A stretch of 64,000 bases of DNA, taken from assembly GCF_009914755.1 (NCBI RefSeq), contig NC_060934.1; one strand, written 5' to 3'. Below, piece by piece: positions 1-14,119 of the stretch. The translations under genes and the position numbers were made by a program. The stretch's first letter is position 1; each line of letters opens with the position of its first letter. The notes under the pieces are model-generated. The model saw nothing but the letters and a program-made list of their open reading frames with translations. It had not been told where the DNA came from and made no database searches. This stretch comes from the human T2T-CHM13v2.0 reference genome, Homo sapiens.

Positions 1-339
1 CACAGTAACATGCTAGGTGCTTATCAGAGAAAAATCCTTTAAACAGACATAATCAAAAGAAACACATCAAAGGCAAACACTTCTGGAGTGCTTATGTATT
101 GGACAGGAAACACATTCTCCATCCTCAAGAAATCAGCTCCAGTTTAAGAGACAAGATGTTTACATAACTAAGAATATAAGGCATCACATGTTCCGAGAAG
201 AATGAGAAGGGACAGAAGGTGACATAGAGGCAACACTGAAAACATGTATTTAGAGTCATGTGGATGGGCACAAACATCCCAATCCAAATTTTAGGAAGAG
301 GTATGTGATGACATCAAATAGCACAGGACAGAGTGTATC

Positions 340-560
340 ACTGCAAACCTGAAAATCTTGCCACTCGCTAGCTATGAAAATGAGGCCAAGCTCCTTAACC
401 ATTACCTCAAACCTTAGTTTCCTGGTACGGTACACGTGGATAACAGTGGTAACTCACAGAGTTGCTGTGAAAGTGAAATGCTGTGAAAACTAAACCCACG
501 TAAAGGGCTTATGCAGTGCCTGGGGCACAGAATATGCATTCAAGAAATATTAGCTATAAT
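340..560 (+). mobile_element. MIR relic
   Basis: Diverged MIR core (ccactcgctagctatg...ctccttaacc...cagtgcctggggcacag...tattagctat). Confidence 0.6.
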
Positions 561-1002
561 AGAATTGGTTTACTTTAAACTTACTTCACCCTTTCTTAGC
601 CCAATTATTCATACTTCTGCCACTTAATTTGCTCTCATCATGACTCTTCCTATCCCTTTAATCAATTCTGTTGCTGGCCTGTGAGCTCCTTTGTCTATAG
701 CTTTCTAGAAATAAGTGACCCAGACAGAGTTCTGTATTCCTGTGCTCTGCAGGGTTACGTGGCGTACAATGACCACATCTCCACTTTGTGACATAATACA
801 TAATACCTTTGAATAGAGTGCTTTAAGCTCCGCTTGTTAATACCCCATCAACTCCAGTTAAAGAGCACTCTCATTTGAGAGTCACTTAAAAAAATCACCT
901 TTATTCTTAATATCTTGGAATCTCCTTATATTGCACTGGTTCTTATGTTGATGACAATTTTTGATACCAGACAGGATGGTCCTAGCTCCCATCTTAAATT
1001 GA

Positions 1003-1371
<369 letters not shown>

Positions 1372-2258
1372 CCCTTTTCTGTTCTGATTGCTAATGTAGG
1401 TAAGAAGGAGACCAGCCCTAAGGCCTGTGTCTGGGTGACAGCCCACGAGGTGCCTCCCATGCTAATTCTTTTGATACTGGCGTTACTATGAACCGCAAGC
1501 TTTGTCTGTCCATCCACCTCACGAAATGGCTGGTGGTATCTGGAGGCCAGGGAGGCATTATGCTTTGCCATCCTGTGCCTTCCCATCTGCACCCACTACA
1601 CGAGCAATGTTCAGCTCAAAACCAAGTTAAATTAATATGAAGAATGCAGGGTCTTCAAAAACTGTGTTCTCCTCCCGATTTAAAGTGTGTGTATGTACAC
1701 ACACTTAGCTCATAATCTTAAACGATCTATCACAGTGACCAAATACCAGCTATTTTTAGGAAAAATGCTTGCTTGCTTCTCAAGATTGAGTTGGCTTCTG
1801 AGTATTCACAGATGCTCTTCATGTGTTAACTACTCAATCTGAGGGAACTGATTGGACCAGGCCTGGAATGAAACCTTCCCCCGACTGGTTTTTGTCCACG
1901 AACTCCTAGTTCAGAATGAACACTTAGGACTACACGTTCTCCTCTCAGAAGAAACACAGGCCACCCGCCCATTCCCACCAAACAAACCTCCTCAGCAATC
2001 AACCTCCAAGCTTCCAGCATGTGTTCCTTTGTCAAAACTTCAACAATGTAGACATCATTAATTTGCATTTAATGACTTTGGGACATAAAAATTATTCCAT
2101 CCCTTCTCTCTTACTTAGACTAGGTGTATGCTGCGTGAGCTAATAAATTCAGGCCTCCAGGTTACCTTAAAGTATTTTTAACACAAGGTAACTAGTTCTT
2201 CGTTTGAATTCTCCACTATATTTTGCTGGGTAACCTTTGCTCCTACTGCAGGAGGTGA

Positions 2259-2559
<301 letters not shown>

Positions 2560-2985
2560 GAATCTGCTGTTATTTAATAAGAAGCTAAAAGTGAAAAATG
2601 GTTTTCAGACCTTGCTATTCACATTGCAGCTTCTAACATTAACAATGATAACAGCAAGATTCAGAAATTAAAGTTGTAAAAAATTCAATAAGCCAAGCAA
2701 ATAGATACTTTCTAGCCAATTTTAAAATCACTTCATTTTTTGATCTTAAGGAACCATATTAAATTCAGGATAATGCAGCTATTTTAAAAAGAAGATAAAA
2801 ATCACACATAATGCTGGTGATTATGAGTTTCACATTTTTGTCTTTTTTTCTGTAAACAGTCAACATTCACTTAGTGACTCAGCAAAAGACAGATTTATCA
2901 TATTTCACTAAGTTCCAACCTGGGTACCAATTTTAACTAAAGTTAATTAAAAATCCATAAGAATGCCTATCTGAAATCACTAATT

Positions 2986-2986
<1 letters not shown>

Positions 2987-3023
<37 letters not shown>

Positions 3024-3030
3024 TGTGTGT
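2987..3030. repeat. (TG)n microsatellite
   Basis: Directly visible TG run with one interruption. Confidence 0.97.
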
Positions 3031-3421
3031 CTGTGAAGAGATAACTGGAAGGATGATCCTAGAAGATGTCAGTGGGTAGTGGGGTCATTATTATTTTTTC
3101 TTTATACTTTTCTGCATTTTAGAATATTTATAATGAATGCTGCCACCTTATTTTAAAAGTTAAAATTATTCTATTTTGATAGAAAATTTTCACTACCTGT
3201 CATTTTGTTTTACAACAGTCAACTGAAGTGCACCCTGATGTCCTTTACAGATTACAAAAATTGCCCCAAACAGTCAACCCCTTAGAAAGGTGTCAGAAAA
3301 CAGGCAAATACAGAGGGAAACTCAAACAGTCAGATTTAACCCCAGGCCTCCCATGTATTTGGGACTGTGTCACGATGGGTGATCATTAATGCTCAGGAGC
3401 CCTGCTCCATTGTGGAACAGC

Positions 3422-3906
3422 TGTAACAACGTCAGACCAATCTGGTTCAACTTTTATGCAACCAAGCTGTGAGTTGCTTTTCAGTTGCCATGGACTCTCA
3501 GGTTAAAGGTCACAAAACCTGGGCATCCCTAGATGATCCAAGCATGCAACCATGGGCAGAACCTAAGCACTGGGACCAAGGAATGGGACTGAATTAAGAA
3601 GTGGACATTACATGGCAGGATCCAGGATCCAATAAGATGGAGCTCTGGCATCACCCCATGACAGGATCCAATCAGATCGTGCCTCCCAGCATCACCTCAT
3701 CTCAAAATCCAATCAGATCGGACCTCATTATCCTATGCTCATAAAATGCAACCCAGGCCCCAGCTTTGGGAGATAGATTTGAGCATATCTTCCTGTCTCC
3801 TTGTCAGTCAATTCACAATTAACCTTGCTTGCTATAAAAACCTAGTGCTTTGGTGTTTGGCTTTCTGTTGTGAACAGGCAAATGGACCCAGTTTGGTTCG
3901 GTGACA
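3422..3906 (+). mobile_element. ERV1-class solo LTR (LTR45-like)
   Basis: TGTAAC...GTGACA termini; three atccaat(c/a)agat repeats; TATA-like cataaaa; ERV1-type gagatagatttgagc segment. Subfamily from memory. Confidence 0.75.
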
Positions 3907-4649
3907 GGGCTTAGCCTGGAGAAGCCACAGGCATCTCACACGTGGAGCTGGTGTGAGGACTAAGAGGTAATTGCCCTAAGCTGACAATCCCCAGTGGCTG
4001 GTCAGTGAAGGCAGAGCTCAGAGTTAACGAGGTCATGGCCATGGTTTCATGAGGGTGACCAGGGAGCTTTGTTTTGCCCTACAGCCATGGGCGGCACCCC
4101 CAACCCCGGTTACCTTCAGCAAAGCCTGGCCTGCTGTGTTAAGCAAATCTGAAAAACCTGAATAAAAGCATGAATAGAATTTAAAAAAATAGGAGTATCA
4201 AACATTTACTTCCTACTAGTTGTGGAGCAAGAGCACCTCCTTCCTACTTTCAAGAATAAAGGATGCAAGCTTTCCCTTCTGAGCAAGTGATTAATGAGAA
4301 CCGGAGAAATCAGTAACTGGGCCATAAAATGAGGCAAGTCCCTCGTTAGAGCAATTTCTACCTGGCTTCTCCTAGGTTCTTTAGCAACAAAGACTATTCG
4401 AATGTGTTACAACTGCCCGACCCCAAAAAAACAGAATACCACATCCATGAAAAACGGTTTAGTGATTCCAGGATATTGTGTTATTATCCTGAGTTTGGTA
4501 AAGTAGAGGAAATCATCTTGACAGCCATGAAACATGATTGATAAGTGAAGATCATGGTCAAAGAAAGTGGATTTTTATAAATGAACTATCTTTGTGAGCT
4601 ATGATCATGTAGATCTTGGTTACAAATAACAATCATAATCACAATTGAT

Positions 4650-4835
4650 CTCTAGTTATGTTAAGTGGCTTCAATTCATTATCTCAGTTCATCTTGAAAA
4701 CAACCTTGTAAGATAGGGAGTTTTATAATTCTTCTTTCATGGAAGAATATAGCTTATAGACTTTAAGTAACTGGTATAATGTCACCTAGCTAATTAGAGG
4801 CAGTTAGAGCAAGACCCGAGACTGCTGACTTCCAA
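4650..4835 (-). mobile_element. MIR relic
   Basis: atctcagttcatcttgaaaacaaccttgtaag...aagtaactgg...gtcacctagctaattagaggcag. Confidence 0.55.
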
Positions 4836-5128
4836 CACCTCTTAAGCAATAACAGGAAAAAAAAAATCTTCGTTTTCCTGCAGACAGTAAACTTATTGGG
4901 GGATGGCTGATATTTGTGGTTGCTGCCCAATGGAACTTTTGCCAAAGACTGAAGAGTTAACAAACCCTCAGGAGAGGCAAGAAATGCAAGTCAGGAAATG
5001 AATCTGTGGCAGCAGATGGGGTCTATCTGTTTCCTTGCCTCATCTCTAGTTAAGGAGTCTTAGTCTGTAGCAGAAAGAGGAAACTGTTGCCAGCCCTCTG
5101 CCCATCCATCACATGGCTTAGTACTTAC

Positions 5129-5208
5129 TGAACCCTGATAAGGCATCAACAGCACATCAGTGATGGTCCAGCCACTCACTAGATGGACAGTAAAAAATAG
5201 AGGACTAG
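5129..5208 (-). other. Candidate exon (80 nt, or 29 nt using the internal donor at 5180)
   Basis: Minus strand: branch-like actaat, pyrimidine tract, tctgcag| acceptor; donors TCA|gtaagt and CTA|gtgagt. Product not recognised. Confidence 0.25.
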
Positions 5209-5599
5209 CTGCAGACACAGAGTCGTGACAACAGGAAAAGGAGGGGACAAAGCATTAGTTACTAGGCTACTGGCTCTCTCCACTCTAGGGATATTGCTGC
5301 ATTATGGAACAAAAGCTCACATGCAGACGCCAGGGCTATAAGAGCAGATGGTTTTTCAGCTGGCTGCAGTGGTCGACACAGGCATCTCAATGAATGTAGC
5401 TGTTCCTGCATCAGCTTCTGCTATTTCAGAAACAGGGAAGACACTGAACAAACTCTCTGGCAGCTCCTTGGCAACCCCCTGCCCCCCACTGCCTGCCTTT
5501 CCTCTCTCCAATGTATGTGTGAGTGCCTGTGTATACATGCAGACACACGCACCTGCCAAATTATCTTTATAAACTGTATCTGTTTACAGGGAGGCCTCT

Positions 5600-5815
5600 T
5601 GGAATACGAAAGGCATGGGATCTAGAGACAGACAGAACTGGGTTCCAATCCCATCTCTATCACCATGTACTATGGGCCACTCTGAGTCTTTAAGTTCTCA
5701 TCTGTCGAAGAAAGATGCAGTCATGTACCTTGGGGGAGCTCTGAGGATAAAGGGAACCAAGGCAGGTTACTGAGCTAGCAGTGTGGCATACCGCACTCAA
5801 TGAATGCTGTTCACT
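5600..5815 (+). mobile_element. MIR relic
   Basis: tctagagacagacagaactgggttccaatcccatctct...ttctcatctgt...ctcaatgaatg. Confidence 0.6.
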
Positions 5816-6124
5816 AATACTTCTGTTCGTTGCTGCTTCAAGAAAGGCTAAGAAATCATTTTATTTCCACTGAAAAACTTATTGGAAGGGAACAGTATTC
5901 TCTCATTATTTAAAAGCAGTATTTTATAACAAACGCAGATCCTTATCTCAGCGTAAAAAGTTTATTTAAATAAATTATGAAGAAATCAAAGAGAACTATA
6001 ATTAGAAGGAAATGAAAAGCCATCTATACTAAGGGCATAGAATGCTTTGGAGAGAGAAGTTTCAGTTGTTGGTTCATCTCTTCAGAGTGCTGAAAGTGAC
6101 TCTTTCAAAAGGGGAGCCATGTTT

Positions 6125-6325
6125 TAAAATTTTATCTTTAAATTAACATACAGTAAAATGGACTTTTTTTGTGGTATGAAGTTCTGTGTGTTAAAATTCA
6201 AAGAGTTGTTCACCCAAAAAAGCAACTCTAGGGTATGTTAAAAAATAAAATGAATTTTAACACATCAAGAGATTCATGTACCAACCACACCATCAGGATA
6301 CAGAGCTTCCATTATCGTAAAAACT
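6125..6325 (-). mobile_element. Old L1M (L1MC/ME-like) 3' fragment with an internal insertion
   Basis: aattaacatacagtaaaatggacttttt...tgaattttaacacat...accacaccatcaggatacag. Confidence 0.6.
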
Positions 6326-6572
6326 AAAGGGAAGAAACGTCGTTCTGTTTCGCAAACATTCACTGAGCACTCACTTCTGCTGACCTTGTGCTGGATACCA
6401 GGGAGGAAACACTGAATGACAGGATCCCCACCCCAGTGCACCATTGCTCTTGGAGAAAAGGATCAGGGGGCTTGCAAAGTATCATTTTTTGTTTTCATTT
6501 TTACTATTTTTAGCCAGTCAGATTTTAGCAGTGGGGGGTTAACACCAACTTTTGTGACACTAACATTAATAA

Positions 6573-6900
<328 letters not shown>

Positions 6901-7944
6901 GAAAATATTTTAAAGACTTCTGAACATATTCATTACGTATACTTTCAACTTTTTACAGATAAGAGGTGTGAAAGAGCCCACTGAGATTGAGAGCCACTCT
7001 TTGGAAGAGGAAAGCATCATTTCTAGTCCAAATGTCACACTGCATAAACGACACAGGCATGTTAACAGAGGTACAGAAAGCTAAGTGACTTCACCACATC
7101 ACACAGATGATCAAGAACCAGGCAAGAGACTAAAACTTTGCTCAACATATCTGAGAACTCAATAAAACATTCTCTTCCTTTTACTCCCTGTTGATTTTGC
7201 AAAGGGTGGCATTTCTTATATGCATCAATATAGCCAAATTACATTCTAGAATCTACTCTTTATATGAGTTTATCTCCAATTTAATAACAGAAGGAAAAAG
7301 AAGGGTCTAAGTATGTGCTTAATATGTTGCTTTCCTGGCAATACTTGAGGCACAATACATGAATCTATTTCCCTTACTGTGACACACAAATGGCTCAGAT
7401 TCAGAAAAAAATACAACAGTAAACCCTCTCAGTGACAATGGCTGTACTGAGCTGGCTGTGATTGAGAAGCAGCCACAATGTCTGGCATCCTGAGAGGCTA
7501 GAACTTCAATTCACTGAGGTCTGCACTTGAACACAACCAAATGGGCACAGTTACCTTTTGCTAACACCCCCACTCCAGCACCCTGGCCCCACTGCCAGCT
7601 GCAGCCCCATCCCCAGTTTCTCGCTCTGCCTGTGCCAAGAAAATATGATGGTTTAGTTTTGAAGGTCGTTTTATGGCACTTTGGAGTGTGGGTACACTGC
7701 AAGAGAGAGAGAGAGAGCTCTGTTTCTATTTGCCTCCGCCAATAAATAGAAAAGCAAAACACTTCAATCTATATGCCAAACCACTGAATAATGAAGGCAA
7801 AATGGATTAATCACCCATAGCTCACACAGAGAAACTCTCATTCTAGACACAGATCAAATGAATGGCTGTTCTGAGGTTAGGAAAGCTCCCACTGACTCCC
7901 AGCCTTCTGCATTCATCTGCAAAGCTTCTGAAGCTTTCCAAATA

Positions 7945-8291
7945 CAGTTGTCTCTTGGTATCTACGGGGAATCGGTTCCAGGACACCTTGTGGATACCAA
8001 AATCCACGGATGTGCAAGTCTATTATATAAACTGGTGTAATATTTGCATATAACCTACCCACATCCTCCTGTATACTTTAAATCATCTCTAGATTGCCTA
8101 TGATACCTAATACAATGCAAATGCTATGTAAATAGTTGTTATACTGTGCTGTTTAGGGAATAACAAGGAAAAGAATATCTGAACATGTTCAGTGGAGATG
8201 CAATCATTCATTCATTTTTTCCCCGGGTATTTATGATCTGTGGTTGGTCAAATCCATCGATGCAGAACCCATGAATGCAGAGGGCCGACTG
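7945..8291. mobile_element. MER2 (TcMar-Tigger non-autonomous DNA transposon)
   Basis: TA target duplication; TIR-like ends cagttgtctctt / agagggccgactg; typical MER2 body (ggttccaggac...ggataccaaaatccacggatg). Confidence 0.85.
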
Positions 8292-8723
8292 TATATTCAG
8301 AGACAAGTACCACCAGGAATCCACACACCTGAGTTCTATTGATCTGTCAATGCCTGGTTTTGCAACAGCAGAAGACACACTCAAGTAATAAAATAAGGGA
8401 TAATGTGAAGACATTTTGTTCATGTGCAAGGGAAGTTTGGGAGATATCTAATGTCTTTCAAAGAAGGTTCTAAATGCCTCAAAGACGCCTCTCATGTTAT
8501 GATTAAAACTCAGTGGCAGCTAGATTGTAGTTATAATTTTCATAAGTCAGAGTTCTATCACTTGATTAGAGGTTTCTGAATAGTAAATGTGTTGACTAAG
8601 CCTAGATCTCACTTAGCAAATGGAAGGTATGTAGAAAGGTAAGTACATCAACATTTACTGATAGTGTTGACAGTATTGATGTTAATGATAACGTATTCCC
8701 TTTTCAAAGAAAGTTGCAAGTAC

Positions 8724-9240
8724 TGTGTGGAACCTCTATTAACCTCAATAGGAAAGGCACCAAGTTCAAGAGGCCAAAGGAGAGACCCAGAGCAAGCGAA
8801 TGACACATGGGGTTTTATTAGTGGCTTACATAAAGGAAAGAGAGTCCAGTGGCAGTGGGCTGGACAAGATAACCACCTTACATATGGTCCAGTGGTGGCA
8901 GGCTGGAAAGCATAACCTCACGGCGCAGTGTTGGCAGGCTGGGTAGGAAAACCACAACCACTTGCAAACAGCATGCAGTTTATATACAGCGTTTTCACTT
9001 AACACCCTCCCCTTAACGACCTCCACCTTGCAACCTTCATTTAACCCAAAACTCAGGGCCCCAATCCTCCATACAGCTTGTGTTCAACAGAACAGGATGG
9101 GGGCTCAGATGTTCTTCACAGACAAGGAATGAATCTCTGGGTTGGCTACTCCTGGATGCCCTAACTTGGAACACATATTCAGATGCATCTGCCATACAGG
9201 ATCATCCTAAGGGTGTGCTTACGTTACATTCCCCCCTACA
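8724..9240 (-). mobile_element. ERVL-class solo LTR (LTR47-like)
   Basis: Minus-strand AATAAA and TATATAAA; three tandem cagtgg..ggctgg units; ends ...ccctaca. Subfamily from memory. Confidence 0.7.
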
Positions 9241-10253
9241 ATAAGAGGATCTGAATTCATTTTCAAATCATCTTTCTTGATGTAAACACAAGCCAGCATA
9301 AGATTTTGAATTCGTGGTATCTATATTATGGGCTCATAAGCAGAAATGTGTGACTTCATAAGTAGAACACTTGTTTATTTGGCAAACTTTGGATGTGCTT
9401 CTCTTATACCTAATTACAAGTCCATTAATTTTTATAATCATATTAAAGAACTCCAATAAAACTTTCAATGACTCCAGGGGAAGGTAGTTTTAGACAGTCA
9501 ACCGTAATTAAGCCAAACGATTGTGCCTGCATCATTATAGCAACTATAGGGAGTAATTTGAGTCTGGGGATGATTATCATCAAAAAAGTTGGAAAACAAC
9601 ACACTGTAAACCTTTGCATCATAAGCACATTTCACCAACATCAGCCTCAGGGCTCTAGTGAAATCAGTTAGGTGTGTTATACACCTGCTGGAAAAAAAAT
9701 CTTTGATTTTGTATTTCTCAACTAAGAGACATCTGATGCTGAGGTCACTGGGACTTTCAGGTGAGAATCAGCAGGAAATGAGATCTTTAACACCTGTTTG
9801 TTGAACTTGCCTAATCTGACTGTATTTAGCCTGTTATGCTGACATCTGAACTCAATTGATAAATATTCCTATCTGGCCTAAATTCTCTTAGCATGCTAGA
9901 TAGGCCGGGTGAAATGAAAAATGTTTTCATGCGTTAGAAAACAAATTAATAAAGCATTCAAATCTATCTGCAGTGTTTTTAAAAAATTATTTTAAGAAAA
10001 ACACTCCTCTGTTCACTTTATCAGTTTTCAGAAGTCAAATCCACAAACCTTAATCCTGTATGAGTGCAGTAAGGTGTCAGATGCAATGGCAAGCAGAGGG
10101 ACTTGAATTTTGAAAGAAGAATGCCAGGCTCTAAGAAGAGGAAGTGGGCGGCCAGGGAGAGGGTGAAGCGATGTGTGTGGTGAAAGCCTGGGAGCTGGAG
10201 AGGAAGGGGATGGCGGCAGCAGAGGCTGGGCCTGAAGATGGGCAGGGACTCAC

Positions 10254-10294
10254 CTCCTGCACTTCCTCCTGCCTCTTCACTTTCCTAGCTTCCT
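10254..10294 (-). other. Candidate 41-nt purine-rich exon
   Basis: ctttttcttgaccccag|AGGAAG...GCAGGAG|gtgagt; one open frame (E)EARKVKRQEEVQE. Confidence 0.25.
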
Positions 10295-10977
10295 CTGGGG
10301 TCAAGAAAAAGCCACATATCTTAGGATTTTGACTTGTTCCTGCTGTGGCCATTGTAGTTGGCGGCAGGCAGACCACCACAGCGTATGCTCCGGATACAGT
10401 CCCCCCATCCCCTGGGGCTGCGCATCTGATGGCTGCTGCCACTAAACTACAGCACTTCATGGCTGAGGACCGATGCTGATGTTGGGAGGAGGGGCAGCAC
10501 CTGTGGCTGTGTGGGGTCTTGCCTCCTGCCTCACTACTAGATCGAGGTCTTGTCCCATACAGCCAGAGAAAAGCAGATCCACATGGATCATTTAAAAAAC
10601 CCTTTCACATGTATAAATCACAGCAGTCAAGCATAATTTGACCACCTCTTCACTTAAGTCCATGGAAGGGAGGAGAGGCACAGTGGGAGGTCCCAGTGCA
10701 GGTGTGGAAGGTGGCTGCTGGGCCAGGAGGAACAAGAACAGTGGCAGTCAGTGGCACAGGCTGCTTGCTGGTCCAGGGCTCTAGCGCCCCTAGCTATTCA
10801 TTGCACATCTTCAGCATATTGGGGTATGAAACCAGACTACAGGTCTCAGATGTCATTCACTATGGTGACGGTTTCAGCAAATCCAGCACGGGTAGGAAAT
10901 AGGAAATGGGCGGCGTTTGCCTGGAGTGAGCCCCTTTTATGGCCTTCCTTGGGCTACTAAGATTTGTCAGCTCCTAT

Positions 10978-11425
10978 TGATGCAGGACAGGCAAGCCCCA
11001 AAACTGGGGCTTAGCCCGGGAAGGTTCTTGGCTTCACTCAGGAAAGAACTCCAGAGCCAGTCGGTGATAGAAGGAAACAGCTTTATTGAGGACGCAGTGT
11101 TGCATCTCCCTGACTGCTCCTGCAGAGCAGAGCTACTCCCTGGGCAGTGGGTGGAGAGAAGCAGCTCGGAGCAGTTCTGCAGTCATGTTTATATCCACTT
11201 TTAACTACATGCAAATTAAGAGATGGGTTATTTACAAATTTCTAGAAAAAGGGTGGTAACTTCCAGGTTGCTGCCATGGAAAGCAGTGGAAACTTCCAGG
11301 TGTTGCCATAGCAATGGTAAACCAACATGGCACTGGTAGGTGTGTCTTATGGAGAGGTGCTCTCACCTCTTCTGTTTCAACCAGTCTTCAGTCTGGTCTG
11401 GAGTAAAGTCTCACCTCCTACCTCA
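10978..11425 (-). mobile_element. ERV1-class solo LTR (MER66-like)
   Basis: tgatgcagg...cctacctca termini; 4-bp TSD ctat/ctac; minus-strand TATA-like motif and AATAAA; tandem aacttccagg..gttgccat units. Confidence 0.82.
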
Positions 11426-14119
11426 CTACTAGATCGAGGTCTTGTCCCATACAGCCAGAGAAAAGCAGTATCACCTATAATTTCACAGGATCAATCCTGG
11501 ACTCTAGATTACACAGCTTCATCAACTGACAAGCACCTAGCTGTCACTGTGTGCCCAGCTTTAAGCCACCATCTGCCATGGTGTGTGCTGGCACACAGGT
11601 ATGCTCACCTGTGTGTTTGGTTGGGATGGGTGAGGCCTCTCTGCTTACAATTTAACTAGGAAAACAAGACTTATCAAGCCTACATCAGCAATTCACGCCT
11701 CAAATACTTCCTCCTTTATCTCACACAGGGGCTCATGATGAGTTAAAATTCAGTATTCTGATTAGCTCCCATTCAAATGGTTGGTTGTTTTGTCACTCTT
11801 GGGTGGGGACAAAAAGGTAACCAAATATATTTTAAAAATAAGCACAGCAGCAAGTGTTTTCAATAAGCAACCCTCACCCTAACTGCTGAGAGATGGAGCT
11901 GATTTCCTACATCTCTCAGCATTAAAGTAATTGAATGCAAACGAGTCAGGACACAGAAAAAGTGAAACCCCAGCCGTGGGGTTCTGGCAAAAGCATTTCC
12001 AATGGTGGGAGTAGAACAACTGTCCCTGGTCCTCAGATGGAGTGTCAGAGGTCACTGCAGGCTGGGACACCATGGATCAAGTTTCACTCACTTCAGGACA
12101 AAGCAAGTTACACAAATAAGGCACAGAATCATTTAAGGGTTAAATGTGTACACTACCTTTTCTTTTACCAAGATGATATTTTCACCCTTTTTACAAATCC
12201 CCAAAACCGCCCACTAATGAAGAGACACAGTAAACTTTATGGACATTCCAACTGATATTTACCAAGAGTTTCGTTTTAAATCTCTTAATCCCTATGTTAA
12301 ATAGGAAAACCCAGCATGAATCTAGTTTTTAAGGTGACACAATTTTCTTTAGAATGAACAACATCGAGGCTTTGTTAGAAAACCCAGAATGACTGATTTT
12401 AAGAAGAATGCCTCCGGTCCTTTGTCAGAAAATAGACATTTTTCTGTCAAAAGAGGCTGTTATCTAACTTTCTGTAAAAGAGAAAAAAGTAATGAGCTCT
12501 CTCTGGATAATATATGCCTGAACTTCTCATGCAAAGAACACACCTTTTTATTTCTCAAAGCTTGAATACTGTCTGTGGTGTAAAACAATTTTAAGTGCCT
12601 TTGCTAATTAATAGGCTGCTTTAGCTACACTTCAGCAGAATTGCATTTTTTAGAGACATAACCATGAACACATGATTTACTTTTTTTCTTACATGTCTTC
12701 TAAAAAATAAAAGTCTCTGTCGTGGACACAAGTCAAATCAGGTTGTCATGAACTACTCTGCAAAGTGTAAATAATAACATTCATTAAAGAAGAAGTATTT
12801 CAGCGAAGAAAAGTAATTGGCAATAAGGATGGTGCCTAAGTGAAGACTGTCTGCAGGTGGCCTGAATGGGGGCAGCAGAACCAAATTATAGAGGCTTTGC
12901 ATAACTAGTTATCCAATTGTTCTATAAGAGAACAGCACTATTAGTGACTTCTCATCTAATGTTGCTAACATGTCTCTTCAATCTTATGAATCCTTGCCAG
13001 GACCACCAGGGGAATGCCAGCCTTTCAGTACGTTTTTAACAAGGCTGTTTACTAATAGATCACACCTCATGGCACAGGCATCTATAGTTGATTTCTTGTG
13101 AAATCATTTTGCAGAGGGTTAAGGACGCAGAGAAGAGAGGTAGGCAAAGATGGCTACAGAAATGTGTTAAGCGTGACCCAACGGTCCCCTAGAACTGCTC
13201 ATGCAGGGTGAGCGTTCAGGAAACAGGAGCTGTACCACCCAGCTATCAGTCTTTGTGAACCTCAAGGAGCCGAGGGCCATCAGATTCCTAGGCAGCCAGG
13301 TAGCTATCAGCATGGTGTGGGGCAAGCATTCTGAGTTCCTTTCAGACATTTAACAATCGAGGGTTTTGATGTCATTGAAAAAATTAAAAAGGGAGCCCAC
13401 AGTTCTTCAATGACTATTAAATGTTTGAAACCTCTATAAATAAACAGACATGTTAGAATTACTCCAAGAATTTAAATACCTCAAGTTCTTTAAGCTTTCA
13501 GAAATATACTTGTCTAATAGATACATTATGGTGAAAAGAGTATTTGAGAATGACCATTTTCATGCAAACTAAAATTCCACATATAATATTCTGACTAGGA
13601 ATAAAAAATGTAAGACAAAGTAAACTTTAACTAGAGGGAAAAAGATGACTTCAGATTTTCTTTCTACTTGGGTGACCTAGAATCCCTTCTTCCTTTAATT
13701 CTATTTCTTGGGTCAAGAGATGAACAGCACTTTCACTGAAAAATGCACTGGTTGTTTGAATGAGAAACAAACTTCATTTCACAGGAAATTTCTCATCAAA
13801 AATCTAGCAGAATATGTAGTTGGAGGTTGATTTGGTTATCAGGAGCAGGAGCCCCAAGGATTCTTTTAATGTCATGCTATTAAATATTCTCGACATGAAC
13901 AAGGCAGAGCTGATGTGGAGATGTCATCAGGGGCAGTAACGGAGTTTGAGCGAGGAAGAGAATTGCTTCAAGAAGCCAAGTATAGTTGATTCTGTCTTCT
14001 GTGAGATAAATGATATTAAAATTAATGTTAGATATTAGTGTGTTGTGGGGGGCAGTCAAAAATTAACACCTTTTATAAATGGAGAAAAATATTCCTCAAT
14101 TCAGTTTTCCTAACCAAGA

